Positions 20,079-29,640 of a stretch of DNA of 64,000 nt are shown piece by piece. The position numbers and the translations under genes are program-made. The notes below the pieces were generated by a model, which was not told where the DNA came from, did not search any database, and worked only from the letters and a program-made list of their open reading frames with translations. Position 1 is the stretch's first letter. Every line of letters starts with the position of its first letter. Source of the stretch: Alphaproteobacteria bacterium (lineage in GTDB: Bacteria > Pseudomonadota > Alphaproteobacteria > JAAXGF01); the NCBI GenBank assembly GCA_963555825.3, contig CAUVXB020000002.1, positions 2,240,001 through 2,304,000 of the forward strand, in the 5' to 3' direction.

Positions 20079-20948
20079 TCATTCGCAGTCGGCGATGGTC
20101 AGGCCCTCGGGCAGCGCCGTGGTCACGCTGCCGCAGGCGGTGTCGAGCTGTGCCTGGGTCAGTCCCTTGGCGAGCCTGAAGCTGGCGCCCGAAAGATTCG
20201 CGCCGACCAGCTGCGCGCCGGCCAGGTTGGCCCTCTGCAGGCGCGCGTCCTTTAACGTCGCGTCCTGAAGGTTGGCGCCCGCGAGGTGCGCCCGCGCCAA
20301 ATTCGCGGCCCTCAGGTCGGCGCCCTTGAGCTGAGCGTCCTGCAGGTTCGCGCGTTCCAGATTGGCGCGCTCGAGGACGGCGTCGACCAGGGTGGCGCCG
20401 GTCAGATTGGCCCGCTTCAGCTTGGCGCGGTTGAAGTTGACGTTGCTGAGCAGGGCGCCCGTGAGGTTCGCCCGGCTGAGCTCGACATATTCAATGTTGG
20501 CGCCGGCGAGCTTGGCGCCGGTCAGATTGGCGCCATCCAGGTCGGCGCCGCTCAGGTCGGAACCGGTGAGCGCGGCGTCCATCAGAAGAGCCTTTTCCAG
20601 GTCGATCCAGCGCATGTCCGCCCGCGCCACGTCGGCGCTGCTCAGATCGGCCTTCTCGGCGTTCGCGCCGCTCAGGTTCGCGCCCGCGAGCTTGGCGCCG
20701 CGCAACGACGCTTTCTCCAAGATAGCGCTCCTGAGATCGGCCGCCTGCAGGTCGGCGCCGGCGAGATCGGCGTTCGCCAGATCCGCCCGGATCAGGTCGC
20801 AGCCGGTACAGGCGTTGTCGGCCGCGAGCCTCTCGACCGCCTTCTGGTCGAAGGCGTGGGCGGCGACGCCGAAGGCGAGGACCAGCCAGAGGGAGAGTGC
20901 CGCCGCGGCCGCCGCCGACCCGGCAAGATTGGAGTGGGAGGTTCGCAT
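20079..20948 (-). CDS. Exported pentapeptide-repeat protein
   Basis: Signal peptide, CTGCDL cap, long A(D/N)Lxx repeats. Confidence 0.92.
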   Translation of the reverse strand: MRTSHSNLAGSAAAAAALSLWLVLAFGVAAHAFDQKAVERLAADNACTGCDLIRADLANADLAGADLQAADLRSAILEKASLRGAKLAGANLSGANAEKADLSSADVARADMRWIDLEKALLMDAALTGSDLSGADLDGANLTGAKLAGANIEYVELSRANLTGALLSNVNFNRAKLKRANLTGATLVDAVLERANLERANLQDAQLKGADLRAANLARAHLAGANLQDATLKDARLQRANLAGAQLVGANLSGASFRLAKGLTQAQLDTACGSVTTALPEGLTIADCE

Positions 20949-21026
20949 CGCGCCTCTCCTTCTCATTGATTGGTCTCGGATCACCAAACTGTCGCGTTCG
21001 GCGCCGAAAGGCAACAGGACATTGGT

Positions 21027-21569
21027 CTAGCCCGGATTTCTCACCAAGGACAGGCGCGTCATCGCGTCGGGCGGTCGCCGATCCGCCAGGAGAAGGCCGC
21101 GGCGCATAGCCCGGGCTACGCGCAAGGCCTTCGACGCCGCGCCCGCCCCGCCCGGCGCGACCCTTAAGGGCGGCGGATATCGGACGACAGGACGGCGTCA
21201 AAGCGCTTGCCCGATGCGCGAGTACTCACTTGCACGATGCCACGGTACGTAGGACGGCCTTGCGTGGTCGTCCGGCAAGGCGCCCGGCGCGCCGTGATGC
21301 TGGACGCATCACAAGCGCCGGGCAACGCCGCCGGCGGCCGCGCAAGGCCGCCCTGCGGGTCGCGTTTCGCGCCCCCTCGGGGCGTCGGGAACGCTCTGCG
21401 ATGCCAAGGCATCGCCGTCGCGCCCCTTCCTGCCGAGGAAACGGGAAACGCGATCCTACGTGCCGTCGAATCGTGCAAGGGAGTACTGGCATCGTGCCGC
21501 GCGCTTTTCCTAGCCTGTCGTCCGATATCCGCCGTGCCGCACCTATCCTTGGTGAGAAAGCCGGGCTAG
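21027..21569. mobile_element. MITE-like palindromic element with nested inverted repeats
   Basis: CTAG at both ends; 28-bp ends ctagcccgg(a/c)tttctcaccaagga(c/t)agg; inner ~80-bp inverted repeat (about 21171-21254 vs 21454-21534); no credible ORF. Confidence 0.75.
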
Positions 21570-22795
21570 CCTTGGTCGCGCAGGATCGAGGCGGCGGCGT
21601 CGCACAGCACCTGGCAGCCGAGCACGATATCGTCTTCGGCAGTATCCTCGCCGAAATCATGGCTGACGCCGCCGATCGAGGGCACGAAGAGCATGGCGCT
21701 GGGCAGCACCGCCGCCAGCACCTGGGCGTCGTGGCCGGCGCCCGACGGCATCGACATCCAGCCGCCCGGCAGTGCCGCTTGCGCCGCGTCGGTGAGGTGC
21801 GCCTGCAGCCGATCGTCCATCGGCACCGGCGCCGCGGGTGCGCCGCGCGCAGCGAGCGCGACGCCGACCGGGCCGCGCGCATTGGCCTCGGCGACCAGCT
21901 CGTGGGCCCTGGCCTCGAGGGCGTCGAGGCGGGCGTCGTCGTGGTCGCGGCACTGCAGGATCATCTCGGCGCGCCCCGGGATGATGCTCATGGCGCCCGG
22001 ATCGAGGGTGATGCGGCCGACCGTCCAGACGGTGAGCGGGCCGGCGATTTCGGCGAACGCGGCGTGCAGCCGGTTGGCGAAGTCGACCAGGGCGACGCCG
22101 GCGTCGCGGCGCTTGGGCATCGGCGTCGTGCCGGCATGGTTCTGCTGGCCGGCGAAGCTGACCTCGTAACCGCGGTTGCCGACGATGCCGGTGACCACGC
22201 CGATACGCTTGCCGGTGTCCTCGAGGATGGCGCCCTGTTCGATATGCGCCTCGAGATAGGCGACGTGGCGGTCGGCTTCGAGGCGGGCGAGTGGGCGGCC
22301 GTCGATGCCCGCCTCGGCGATCGCGTCGGCGAGACGGTGGCCGTCGCTGTTCACCGCGCTCGCGATCGCCTCGGCGTCGAGCATGCCGCAGAACGAGAGG
22401 CTGCCGAGGAAGCCGCAATACGTGCCTTCCTCGTCGATCAGCGAAATGCAGTCGACCGCGAGATGACGCGTCGCCGGGTCTTCGGCCAAGGCACGGGCGA
22501 TCTCGATGGCGTAGATTACGCCCATCGCGCCGTCGAGCCAGCCACCGCGCGGCTGGGTGTCGGAATGCGAGCCGATGACGAGCGCCTTGCCGGCGTTGCG
22601 CGAGCGGCCAAAGACGCTGCCGACGCCGTCGATCGCGGCGTCGAGGCCGGCCTCGGTCATGCGCTGGACGAGCCATTCGCGCGACGCCATGTCGACCGGC
22701 GACAGCGATGGCCGCACGACACCGGGACCCGTCGCGCCGAAAGTGCGGAGCGTCTTGAGATCGCCGATCAGGCGTTCGGCGTCGATCCTCGGCAT
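21566..22795 (-). CDS. Zn-dependent amidohydrolase (hydantoinase/carbamoylase, M20 family)
   Basis: GSHSDT, GWLDG, DEEG, EAHIEQG, NHAGTTPM, SGAGHDA. Confidence 0.92.
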   Translation of the reverse strand: MPRIDAERLIGDLKTLRTFGATGPGVVRPSLSPVDMASREWLVQRMTEAGLDAAIDGVGSVFGRSRNAGKALVIGSHSDTQPRGGWLDGAMGVIYAIEIARALAEDPATRHLAVDCISLIDEEGTYCGFLGSLSFCGMLDAEAIASAVNSDGHRLADAIAEAGIDGRPLARLEADRHVAYLEAHIEQGAILEDTGKRIGVVTGIVGNRGYEVSFAGQQNHAGTTPMPKRRDAGVALVDFANRLHAAFAEIAGPLTVWTVGRITLDPGAMSIIPGRAEMILQCRDHDDARLDALEARAHELVAEANARGPVGVALAARGAPAAPVPMDDRLQAHLTDAAQAALPGGWMSMPSGAGHDAQVLAAVLPSAMLFVPSIGGVSHDFGEDTAEDDIVLGCQVLCDAAASILRDQG

Positions 22796-22808
22796 CGCGC
22801 CGCGGCGC

Positions 22809-23594
22809 CTATTCCGCCGCGTCCGACTGGGCCTTGGCCTGCTGCTCGATGAAGATGCAGTAGAACTTGCGCACCGTCTCTGAGCTCTTCCAGCCGCACA
22901 CCGCGCCCATCGGCACGAACAGCGTGTCGCCGGCGCTGAAATGGTGTTCGACGCCTTCGCCGTCGGTCAGCGTGACCGAGCCTTCGAGCAGATGCATCAG
23001 CTCGTGGCGCGGGAACGGGCCGGGCGCGCGCTCGAACGGCGTCGACTGCCACAGGCCGACCGTCATCTGGCCGGTCATGTCGGTGAAGTAGCTATGGGCG
23101 TGCTGCACCGGCACGTCGCCGACGAAGCCGACCGAGGTGTCGACCTCGATCTCGGCGAGGCTGTCGCCGGGGCGCGGCCGAAGGACCTTGAGTGCCGAGG
23201 GATCCTCGGGCGCGAGACCCGAGGCGTCGTCGAAGATGACGTAGAATTTGCGGATGTACTCGGTCTGCTTCCAGGTCGATGGCATGCCCTTGGGCATGAT
23301 GAAGGCCTCGCCGGTGCGGATCGTTTCCTCGCTGCCGCCCTCGTCGACGATGGTGACCGCGCCCTCGAGCACGACCATGAACTCGTTGACACCGTAGGCG
23401 CCCGGTTTCTCGGTCATCGGCGTGCAGTCCCAGACGCCCGACGTCAGCCCGTTCTTGGCGTCGTCGAGGTAGACGAAGCCGCGCTGGACCGGCGTGCCTG
23501 TGGTCAGCGCCTCGGGCGGTATGGCGTCCCATTCGGTCATCCCGACGTCGGCCGGACCGTTCGGTTCCATGCGCATGATGCGTGGCTCTGACAT
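22809..23594 (-). CDS. Tandem cupin (DUF861/EutQ-like) protein
   Basis: Two repeats of G(V/L)W..TP...E.M..LEG.VT...RKFY. Confidence 0.85.
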   Translation of the reverse strand: MSEPRIMRMEPNGPADVGMTEWDAIPPEALTTGTPVQRGFVYLDDAKNGLTSGVWDCTPMTEKPGAYGVNEFMVVLEGAVTIVDEGGSEETIRTGEAFIMPKGMPSTWKQTEYIRKFYVIFDDASGLAPEDPSALKVLRPRPGDSLAEIEVDTSVGFVGDVPVQHAHSYFTDMTGQMTVGLWQSTPFERAPGPFPRHELMHLLEGSVTLTDGEGVEHHFSAGDTLFVPMGAVCGWKSSETVRKFYCIFIEQQAKAQSDAAE

Positions 23595-23839
23595 TCGTCC
23601 ATCCTCCCCCAAATGTTTGGAAGCGTGGTTTGGCGAAACTATGCCCGACGCCGATTGGCGGCACAAGCGGCTAGGTTCCGCGCCGTCGTGAGCCGTTGCT
23701 CGAAGAACGAGATCTCGTCATCCATACGGGTGATGACGGGGCGCCGGGTACATGAAAACATGTTCCACGGCGACACCTGGGCCGAGCCTGCGCGGGATCG
23801 GTGCACCTGCATACGGGAGATCGTGGTGTGCGAATAGGC

Positions 23840-24226
23840 ATGAAAAGCTATGTCGACTATGTCATGACCGGCGCTATTGCGTCGCTGATGCTATTGGTCT
23901 CGGGCCATCCGGGGTTCAACAACGACGCCCATGCCGGCGAAGAAGACCTGTCGGTGACGGCGGCCGGCAAGACGGTCGTCGTCACGGCGGGCTACGGCAC
24001 GACCATCGCGCCCGGCGAGCCACCGTCGGAGCCGACTGCATTCAGCCGGGCTCGGCTCGATGAGATGTTGTCGCAACTTCTGCCGCCGCCGCCGCCGTCA
24101 TCCGAGGTACCGTCCTCGCTGAGCGAGGCGTTGAAAATCGCCGAGAACGACATCGCGATGGGCGCGCAGAGGACCGGATCAGCGCGCAAGCTCCAGGACG
24201 ACCGCGTGGAGGCGAGCGACCGGTAG
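23840..24226 (+). CDS. Hypothetical exported protein
   Basis: Signal-like N-terminus ending AHA, Pro-rich segment; no family recognised. Confidence 0.5.
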   Translation: MKSYVDYVMTGAIASLMLLVSGHPGFNNDAHAGEEDLSVTAAGKTVVVTAGYGTTIAPGEPPSEPTAFSRARLDEMLSQLLPPPPPSSEVPSSLSEALKIAENDIAMGAQRTGSARKLQDDRVEASDR

Positions 24227-24358
24227 GACGATCATGTTTCCTGGTGCGGCGAAAGTCGTCCCGATGTCGTCTTCTGGATTAAGGCAGCCGCCGCCGTTTC
24301 CACCCGGTGGTTTTGATGTATCCAGTCCCCAGCCTTGGGCCGTTCACCGCCTTGCGAT

Positions 24359-24718
24359 TCAGGCGCTCAAGGGCCTGGCGAAGCTAATCTCATGGCCGTC
24401 CGGGTCGGTCAGGTGGAAGTAACGCTCGCCCCATTCGGCGTCGGCGGGCGTGGTGTCGGGGTCGAGCGCGCAGGCCACGGCGAGCCGGTACAGCGCGTCG
24501 ACGTCGGAGACGTAAAAGATCGCCCGTCCCCACCATGACCATTGGCGGCCCGCCGTTTCGGCTATCAGGTTGAGGTAGCCCGAGCCGGCCCGGAAGCTGG
24601 TGAAGGCTGCGTCCTCACCGCCGTGGATCATCTCGAATCCGAGTGTCCGGTAAAACCGTACCGCGCACGACATGTCATGGGTCTCCAGTGTAATGGCGCT
24701 GATGCACTCGATGGTCAT
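24359..24718 (-). CDS. VOC (glyoxalase/bleomycin resistance) family protein
   Basis: AVRFYRTLGF, WGERYFHLTDPDGHEISF. Confidence 0.88.
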   Translation of the reverse strand: MTIECISAITLETHDMSCAVRFYRTLGFEMIHGGEDAAFTSFRAGSGYLNLIAETAGRQWSWWGRAIFYVSDVDALYRLAVACALDPDTTPADAEWGERYFHLTDPDGHEISFARPLSA

Positions 24719-24997
24719 GCGCCCATCGTAGCAAACTTGCCGTCGAGGTTCGATTGACGCTCGAGGCCACGCACGCTTCAAGGCGCAAAACGTGATCGGC
24801 AAGGCGATGCCGGCCGACGTCGCGATCGCGCGTCCCAACGCCTCCTCGCCGAGCGCCGCGGGTACATTCCGCCAAGGCTTCGGCCTTCGCCGACCGAAAG
24901 TCGGCTTCGGCAGACTGAAGGTCGGTGGGCAGCTTCGCTCTAATCTCGCTGCCGCTGACTTACTGGCGTAAGCCAGCCGAAGCTCGAAGAGCGATGG

Positions 24998-25242
24998 CTG
25001 GCGGTGGACGCAGTCTGGAGCGAACCCGTCTCCGGTGAAATTCCCTGATAACCCCCGATTTACAGGGAAATAATGCGAATTAACAGGGAATGCGCGCCAG
25101 CATGCGTTGAATTACCGCATGATGTCAGTCAGTTACGGGCAAATTCCCTAAACCTCGGAACAGGGAATTAAATTCGCATATCAGGGAATTTATTCGACGT
25201 ATCAGGGAATTGCTGCAGGTTCAAATCCCGGGCACGCAACCA
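24998..25242. other. Probable left boundary (att-like region) of a genomic island
   Basis: Minus-strand tRNA-3'-like GGGTTCG...CCACCGCCA; seven AGGGAA-core repeats in both orientations (25039-25211); tRNA-fMet-like GCAGGTTCAAATCC..CGCAACCA at 25215-25242; composition changes here. Confidence 0.6.
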
Positions 25243-25496
25243 CCGATACCGACATTTGATCGAAGTCCCAGTCTGATCCGTATCAACCCTTTGATTTACA
25301 AGAGCAATTTGTAAGTCCGCAGCCTGCCGTCTGCCAGAATATCTTTCTTACCGCGATTGCCGGCAACGATCCTGACTCGTAACCTCTCCAGTCTGCATAC
25401 ACTCGCCGCTCTCTCCCCCCTTCGGCTCGTAGTAGAGCGAGGAGGGCCCGATCGACAGCGCGCGGCATTGCCCATCCACCTGCTTGCCATAGCGTT

Positions 25497-25600
25497 ACAT
25501 GTCGATGTATTCTAATTTGATCGACATGTTGAGGTGACATGTCGACGGAATCGACATGTTCGGAAAACGTGTCGACAGGAGCTGGATACATCGACATGAC
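25497..25600. promoter_or_regulatory. Array of TCGACATG/CATGTCGA repeats upstream of fic (putative autoregulatory operator)
   Basis: About six copies in alternating orientation; the last overlaps the start codon. Confidence 0.55.
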
Positions 25601-26681
25601 CTTCGATCCCGGTCGTCCCTTCAATGACCTTCCGAACCTGCCACCGGCTTCGGAAACCGAGACAAAGGCCATTCTTCGCAGCTGCATTGCCGCGCGCGCG
25701 GCACTGGCAGAGCTCCGGGTCTCCGGGAAGCTCATCCCGAACCAGGCGATGCTGATCAACTCGATCCCCCTGCTCGAGGCTCAGGCGAGTTCCGAGATCG
25801 AAAACATCGTCACGACGACGGACCGACTGTTCCGCTATGCCAACGACGCGGCAGGTCAAGCGGACCCGGCCACCAAAGAGACTCTGCGCTACCGCTCCGC
25901 CTTGTACCGTGGTTTCGAGATGCTGAAGCGACGACCGGTTTCGACCGCCATGGCGGTCGAGGTCTGTCGAACGATCAAGGGTGTGGATTTGGATATTCGC
26001 AACACGCCGGGAACGGCGTTGATAAATGATGCAACCGACGAAGTCATCTACACACCGCCGGAGGGAGAGGACGTTCTCCGGAGCAAACTGGCCAATTGGG
26101 AGCGCTACATTCACGAGGTCGAGGAGATCGACCCACTGATCCGGCTTGCGGTCATGCATTATCAGTTCGAGGCGATCCATCCGTTTGTCGACGGAAACGG
26201 CCGGACCGGACGCGTGCTGAACTTGCTCTATCTCGTCGACAAGGGCCTGCTCGACATTCCCGTCCTCTATCTCAGTCGGCACATCATCCTGAACAAGGCG
26301 CAGTACTACCGGAATCTGCTTGAAGTGACGACCCGACAGGCCTGGGAGACGTGGATACTTTTCATTCTCGAGGCTGTCCAAACAACGGCCGAATGGACCT
26401 CTGCAAAGATCCATGCCATCCGGGAGCTTCTCGACGAAACGGCCGCTGCAATTCGACAGGGGATGCCGAAAATCTACTCCCGCGAACTGGCGGAACTGAT
26501 CTTCGTGAATCCCTACTGCCGGATCAGTGACGTGGTCGAAGCGGACATCGCCAAGCGCCAGACGGCCGCTGTCTATCTGAAAGCCCTCGCAGCCGAAGGC
26601 CTCCTCGAGGAAATCAAGGCGGGACGCGAGAATCTCTACATCAACCCGCCGCTCCTAGCACTCCTATCCGAGCGCGCGTGA
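25596..26681 (+). CDS. fic: Fic-family protein adenylyltransferase (SoFic-like, C-terminal HTH)
   Basis: HPFVDGNGRTGR catalytic motif; SSEIEN inhibitory motif. Confidence 0.93.
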   Translation: MTFDPGRPFNDLPNLPPASETETKAILRSCIAARAALAELRVSGKLIPNQAMLINSIPLLEAQASSEIENIVTTTDRLFRYANDAAGQADPATKETLRYRSALYRGFEMLKRRPVSTAMAVEVCRTIKGVDLDIRNTPGTALINDATDEVIYTPPEGEDVLRSKLANWERYIHEVEEIDPLIRLAVMHYQFEAIHPFVDGNGRTGRVLNLLYLVDKGLLDIPVLYLSRHIILNKAQYYRNLLEVTTRQAWETWILFILEAVQTTAEWTSAKIHAIRELLDETAAAIRQGMPKIYSRELAELIFVNPYCRISDVVEADIAKRQTAAVYLKALAAEGLLEEIKAGRENLYINPPLLALLSERA

Positions 26682-26782
26682 CAATGCGCGACGTAGCAGT
26701 CTGAGCAACCCAGTCCTTCTCACCGGAGGCCGCGAAGAGCACCAAGCTCATACACCGCCGGCCGGGACACGATCGCGAGAGT

Positions 26783-28412
26783 ATGCATGACTATCGAAAA
26801 CAAGACACAAATCACGACAAGGCCATGACACAGGAAAGCGCTTTCAAATCCTGGCTCGAGCAAGGTGGGGCTCAGACCGTCGCCGGGCGGAACACCCGTG
26901 CTTCAGCCATCCGGACGATCGAACGGAAACTGGAAGAGCTTGGAATGCCGCTCCGGGATGTGGACGGAGCTTGGGAAGCGGACCGTTTCGAGTCGCTGCG
27001 CGAACGGCTACGCCGGATGCGGGAAGATGCCCGCGATGGGGGACAGGACTACCGGATTCTGATGCCGGACTCCGAGAACCCCCACAAGCGCCTTTCCAGC
27101 TGGCGCAGCTGGCTGGGGCAATATGGCCGGTTCCTCGCCGGCTAGCCTCCGGGATCAGCCAAAGATGCCGACCGCATCCGGCAATATGTCCTCGAACACT
27201 ATATCAAGCCTGCCCGGGAGGAACGTCGCGGACAGGCAGAAGTTCTCGTGCGCGACGTGAACGAGGCGCTCGGTCTGAACGAGGCATGGCCGAACATCTG
27301 TCAGGCTCTTGCCGGGCACAAGTTCCAGGAGCTCGCACAGATTCCACCGCCCGAGCGGATCGGCGCCGATCAAAGCTCGGCCACAGTGTTTCGGTTCGAT
27401 CTGAGCAATCATCGCGTCGACAGGACGGCTCTCGACCAGTTGCGCGATCGGTTCGTCGCTGCTTGTCCTGATTTCAGGAGCTTCGTCGATCCCGGAACAG
27501 GATGGGCCAGGGACGAGAAGGCCTACAAGGTGGCGGCTTCCGAACGGGTGCGGGCCGCGCTTGAAGAAGGTGGAGACGACGAGGCCCTTGGAAAGGCCGT
27601 CTTCGAGGTACTCAAGACTGCAGCAAGGGACGGCCCCTTCGTACGATGGCAGACCGAGGACTCGATCGCCAAGCAGTCTCCCCAGCTGCTCGGTGAGTTC
27701 CATGCAGTCATCGGGCGACTGATCCGGTACGGCCAAGCCGCGGAAGAAGTCCTTTCGCAAGCGTTCGATACGCTCGACGCCCTGAAGGAGCGAGGCGCCG
27801 CATCGCTGACCTATGGCGAGCGACTCAACATCCTGTTTTCTGCGCTATCCATGGTGCGCCCCAGCGAGGCAGGTCCCCTCAAGATCACGCGGTTCAACGA
27901 GGCCTGGGACAAGCTCACGGGAGAGAAGCTCTTCGTCGAAGCCACGGCCAACATGGCATCGGATTATCGCCGCTTCGCGGCCGTCTTCTCCGAGCTCTTC
28001 GAAATCATGCGGGACGACTGGCAGTGGCAGCCACAGGACTGGCTGGACATACAGGGATTCCTCTGGATCGCCCTCGACAAGACCGCCAGCGCACCGCCTG
28101 AGACAGACGCTTCGCCCGACACCAGCGAAAGCCGAGAGAGGCCCAATGCCGATTTCCCCCATGAACCTCATCCTTTACGGACCGCCCGGCACAGGTAAGA
28201 CGTTTTCCACTGCCGCGGAGGCCGTCAGGCTTTGTGGTGAGCCTGTGCCCAAGGATGCGAGCCCCTGATGCAGGCCTATCAACAGCTCCTCGCGGCGGGA
28301 CGTATCGAGTTCGTCACCTTTCACCAGTCGTTGTCCTACGAGGATTTCGTGGAAGGCCGACAGCCGATGACCGGGTCGGACGAAGACGACGACTCCTCCT
28401 CCGCTGGCTTCC
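26783..28412 (+). pseudogene. mcrB: McrB-like AAA+ restriction GTPase pseudogene
   Basis: One frame across an internal TAG at 27143; frameshifted [13 protein letters not shown] and IEFVTFHQSLSYEDFVEG motifs; cut by IS3 at 28413. Confidence 0.85.
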
Positions 28413-28473
28413 TGGACCCTGCTGACGAAAGTGGAGACGTCCTGCGATAGGATTTTGATCGCAGGAGGTGCAA

Positions 28474-28770
28474 ATGTCGAAGCAGAATGGGAACAAGGGC
28501 CGGCGGTTTGATCGGGCCTTCAAGGAAGAAGCCGTCCGTCTTTTACAGACGAGCGGGCGCAGGCAGCGGCAGATAGCAGGAGATCTTGGGATCAGCGTCA
28601 GCGCGCTCGGCCGCTGGGTCACAGAATTGCGTGAGGAGGATTTGCTTTCCGGTCCGCATGAGGATGCAGCGAAGGAGATTACCCGCCGACGCCGAGAGCG
28701 TGATCTGGCCCGTCAGGAACGTGATCTGCTAAAAAAAGCGCTGGCCTTCTTCGCCAGGGAAAGTCGATGA
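28474..28770 (+). CDS. IS3 transposase OrfA
   Basis: FDRAFKEEAVRL...ERDLLKKALAFF. Confidence 0.88.
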   Translation: MSKQNGNKGRRFDRAFKEEAVRLLQTSGRRQRQIAGDLGISVSALGRWVTELREEDLLSGPHEDAAKEITRRRRERDLARQERDLLKKALAFFARESR

Positions 28771-29354
28771 GGTTCCGGTTCATCGACGCGGAGAGGGCCG
28801 GGTTGGCGATGCCGATATTCCGCCTGTGCAGACTGCTGCAGGTCAGCGTCTCAGGCTTCTACGCTTGGCGCAATCGCGGCCCAAGCCAGCGACAGCTCGA
28901 TGACATGGTTCTACTCGCCCATGTCCGGGCAGCCTTTCGGCGCAGCCGCGAGAGCTACGGTGCAGAGCGGGTCCATCACGAGCTTGCCGAGAATGGGATC
29001 GAGGTTGGACGCCATAGGGTGGCTCGGCTGATGCGGGGAAATGGGTTGTCTCCAAAACGGAAACAGAAGTTCAAAAAGACGACGGACAGCCAGCACAACA
29101 AGGCCGTCGCATCGAACCTTCTCGACCAGAACTTCTCCGCCGAGGCACCCAACGAGAAATGGGCTGCCGACATCAGCTATATCTGGACGGCACAGGGCTG
29201 GCGGTACCTGGCCGTCATGCTCGACCTCTACTCCCGGCGCGTCATCGGCTGGGCCGTGGGCGCTCGCATGACCAGCGACCTGCCGCTCAGGGCGCTTAAC
29301 CGTGCTATCGGGCTGCGCCAACCTGGCGCCGGTGTGATCCACCATAGCGATAGT

Positions 29355-29625
29355 GAGTATCTGCGGGCCGGTTCCCTCGGAGTGACCTGACCCGCACAGC
29401 GATAGACGCATCTAGACTGATAGGGCCGGCCGCCCTTGGGTGGCTTGACCCACACTCAGATCGACCGAGATGTCATTCCCCGGACATGTCGGCCACCCGG
29501 GGGCAACCGGTTGAGGTTCCGACCTCGACCGACATCGTGACCTGATGAGAGCCCGGCCTTGGGCGCCCCGTCACTGTCGTGTCCGACATCGGCTGAGTTC
29601 GGAGCCAACCCCTCCACCCATCATA
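29355..29625 (+). ncRNA. Putative bridge RNA of the IS110 element
   Basis: Segments match the right junction (29476-29485), the element right end (29545-29552) and the element left end (29571-29579); RNA ends are approximate. Confidence 0.7.
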
Positions 29626-29640
29626 GACCAGGGGGCGGAC

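Noticed and set aside
20180-20800. 15-bp periodic DNA repeat
   Set aside because: Fully explained by pentapeptide-repeat coding
21230-22852. Long opposite-strand or alternate-frame ORFs (also 685-1608, 29473-30699, 37163-38509, 43517-44842, 48454-49890)
   Set aside because: Shadows of real high-GC genes, without recognisable motifs
25215-25242. tRNA-Met gene
   Set aside because: Only a degenerate T-arm and acceptor 3' piece; no D or anticodon arm
25283-25759. Minus-strand ORF divergent from fic
   Set aside because: Overlaps the fic start and the repeat array; only a vague resemblance to a methylase tail
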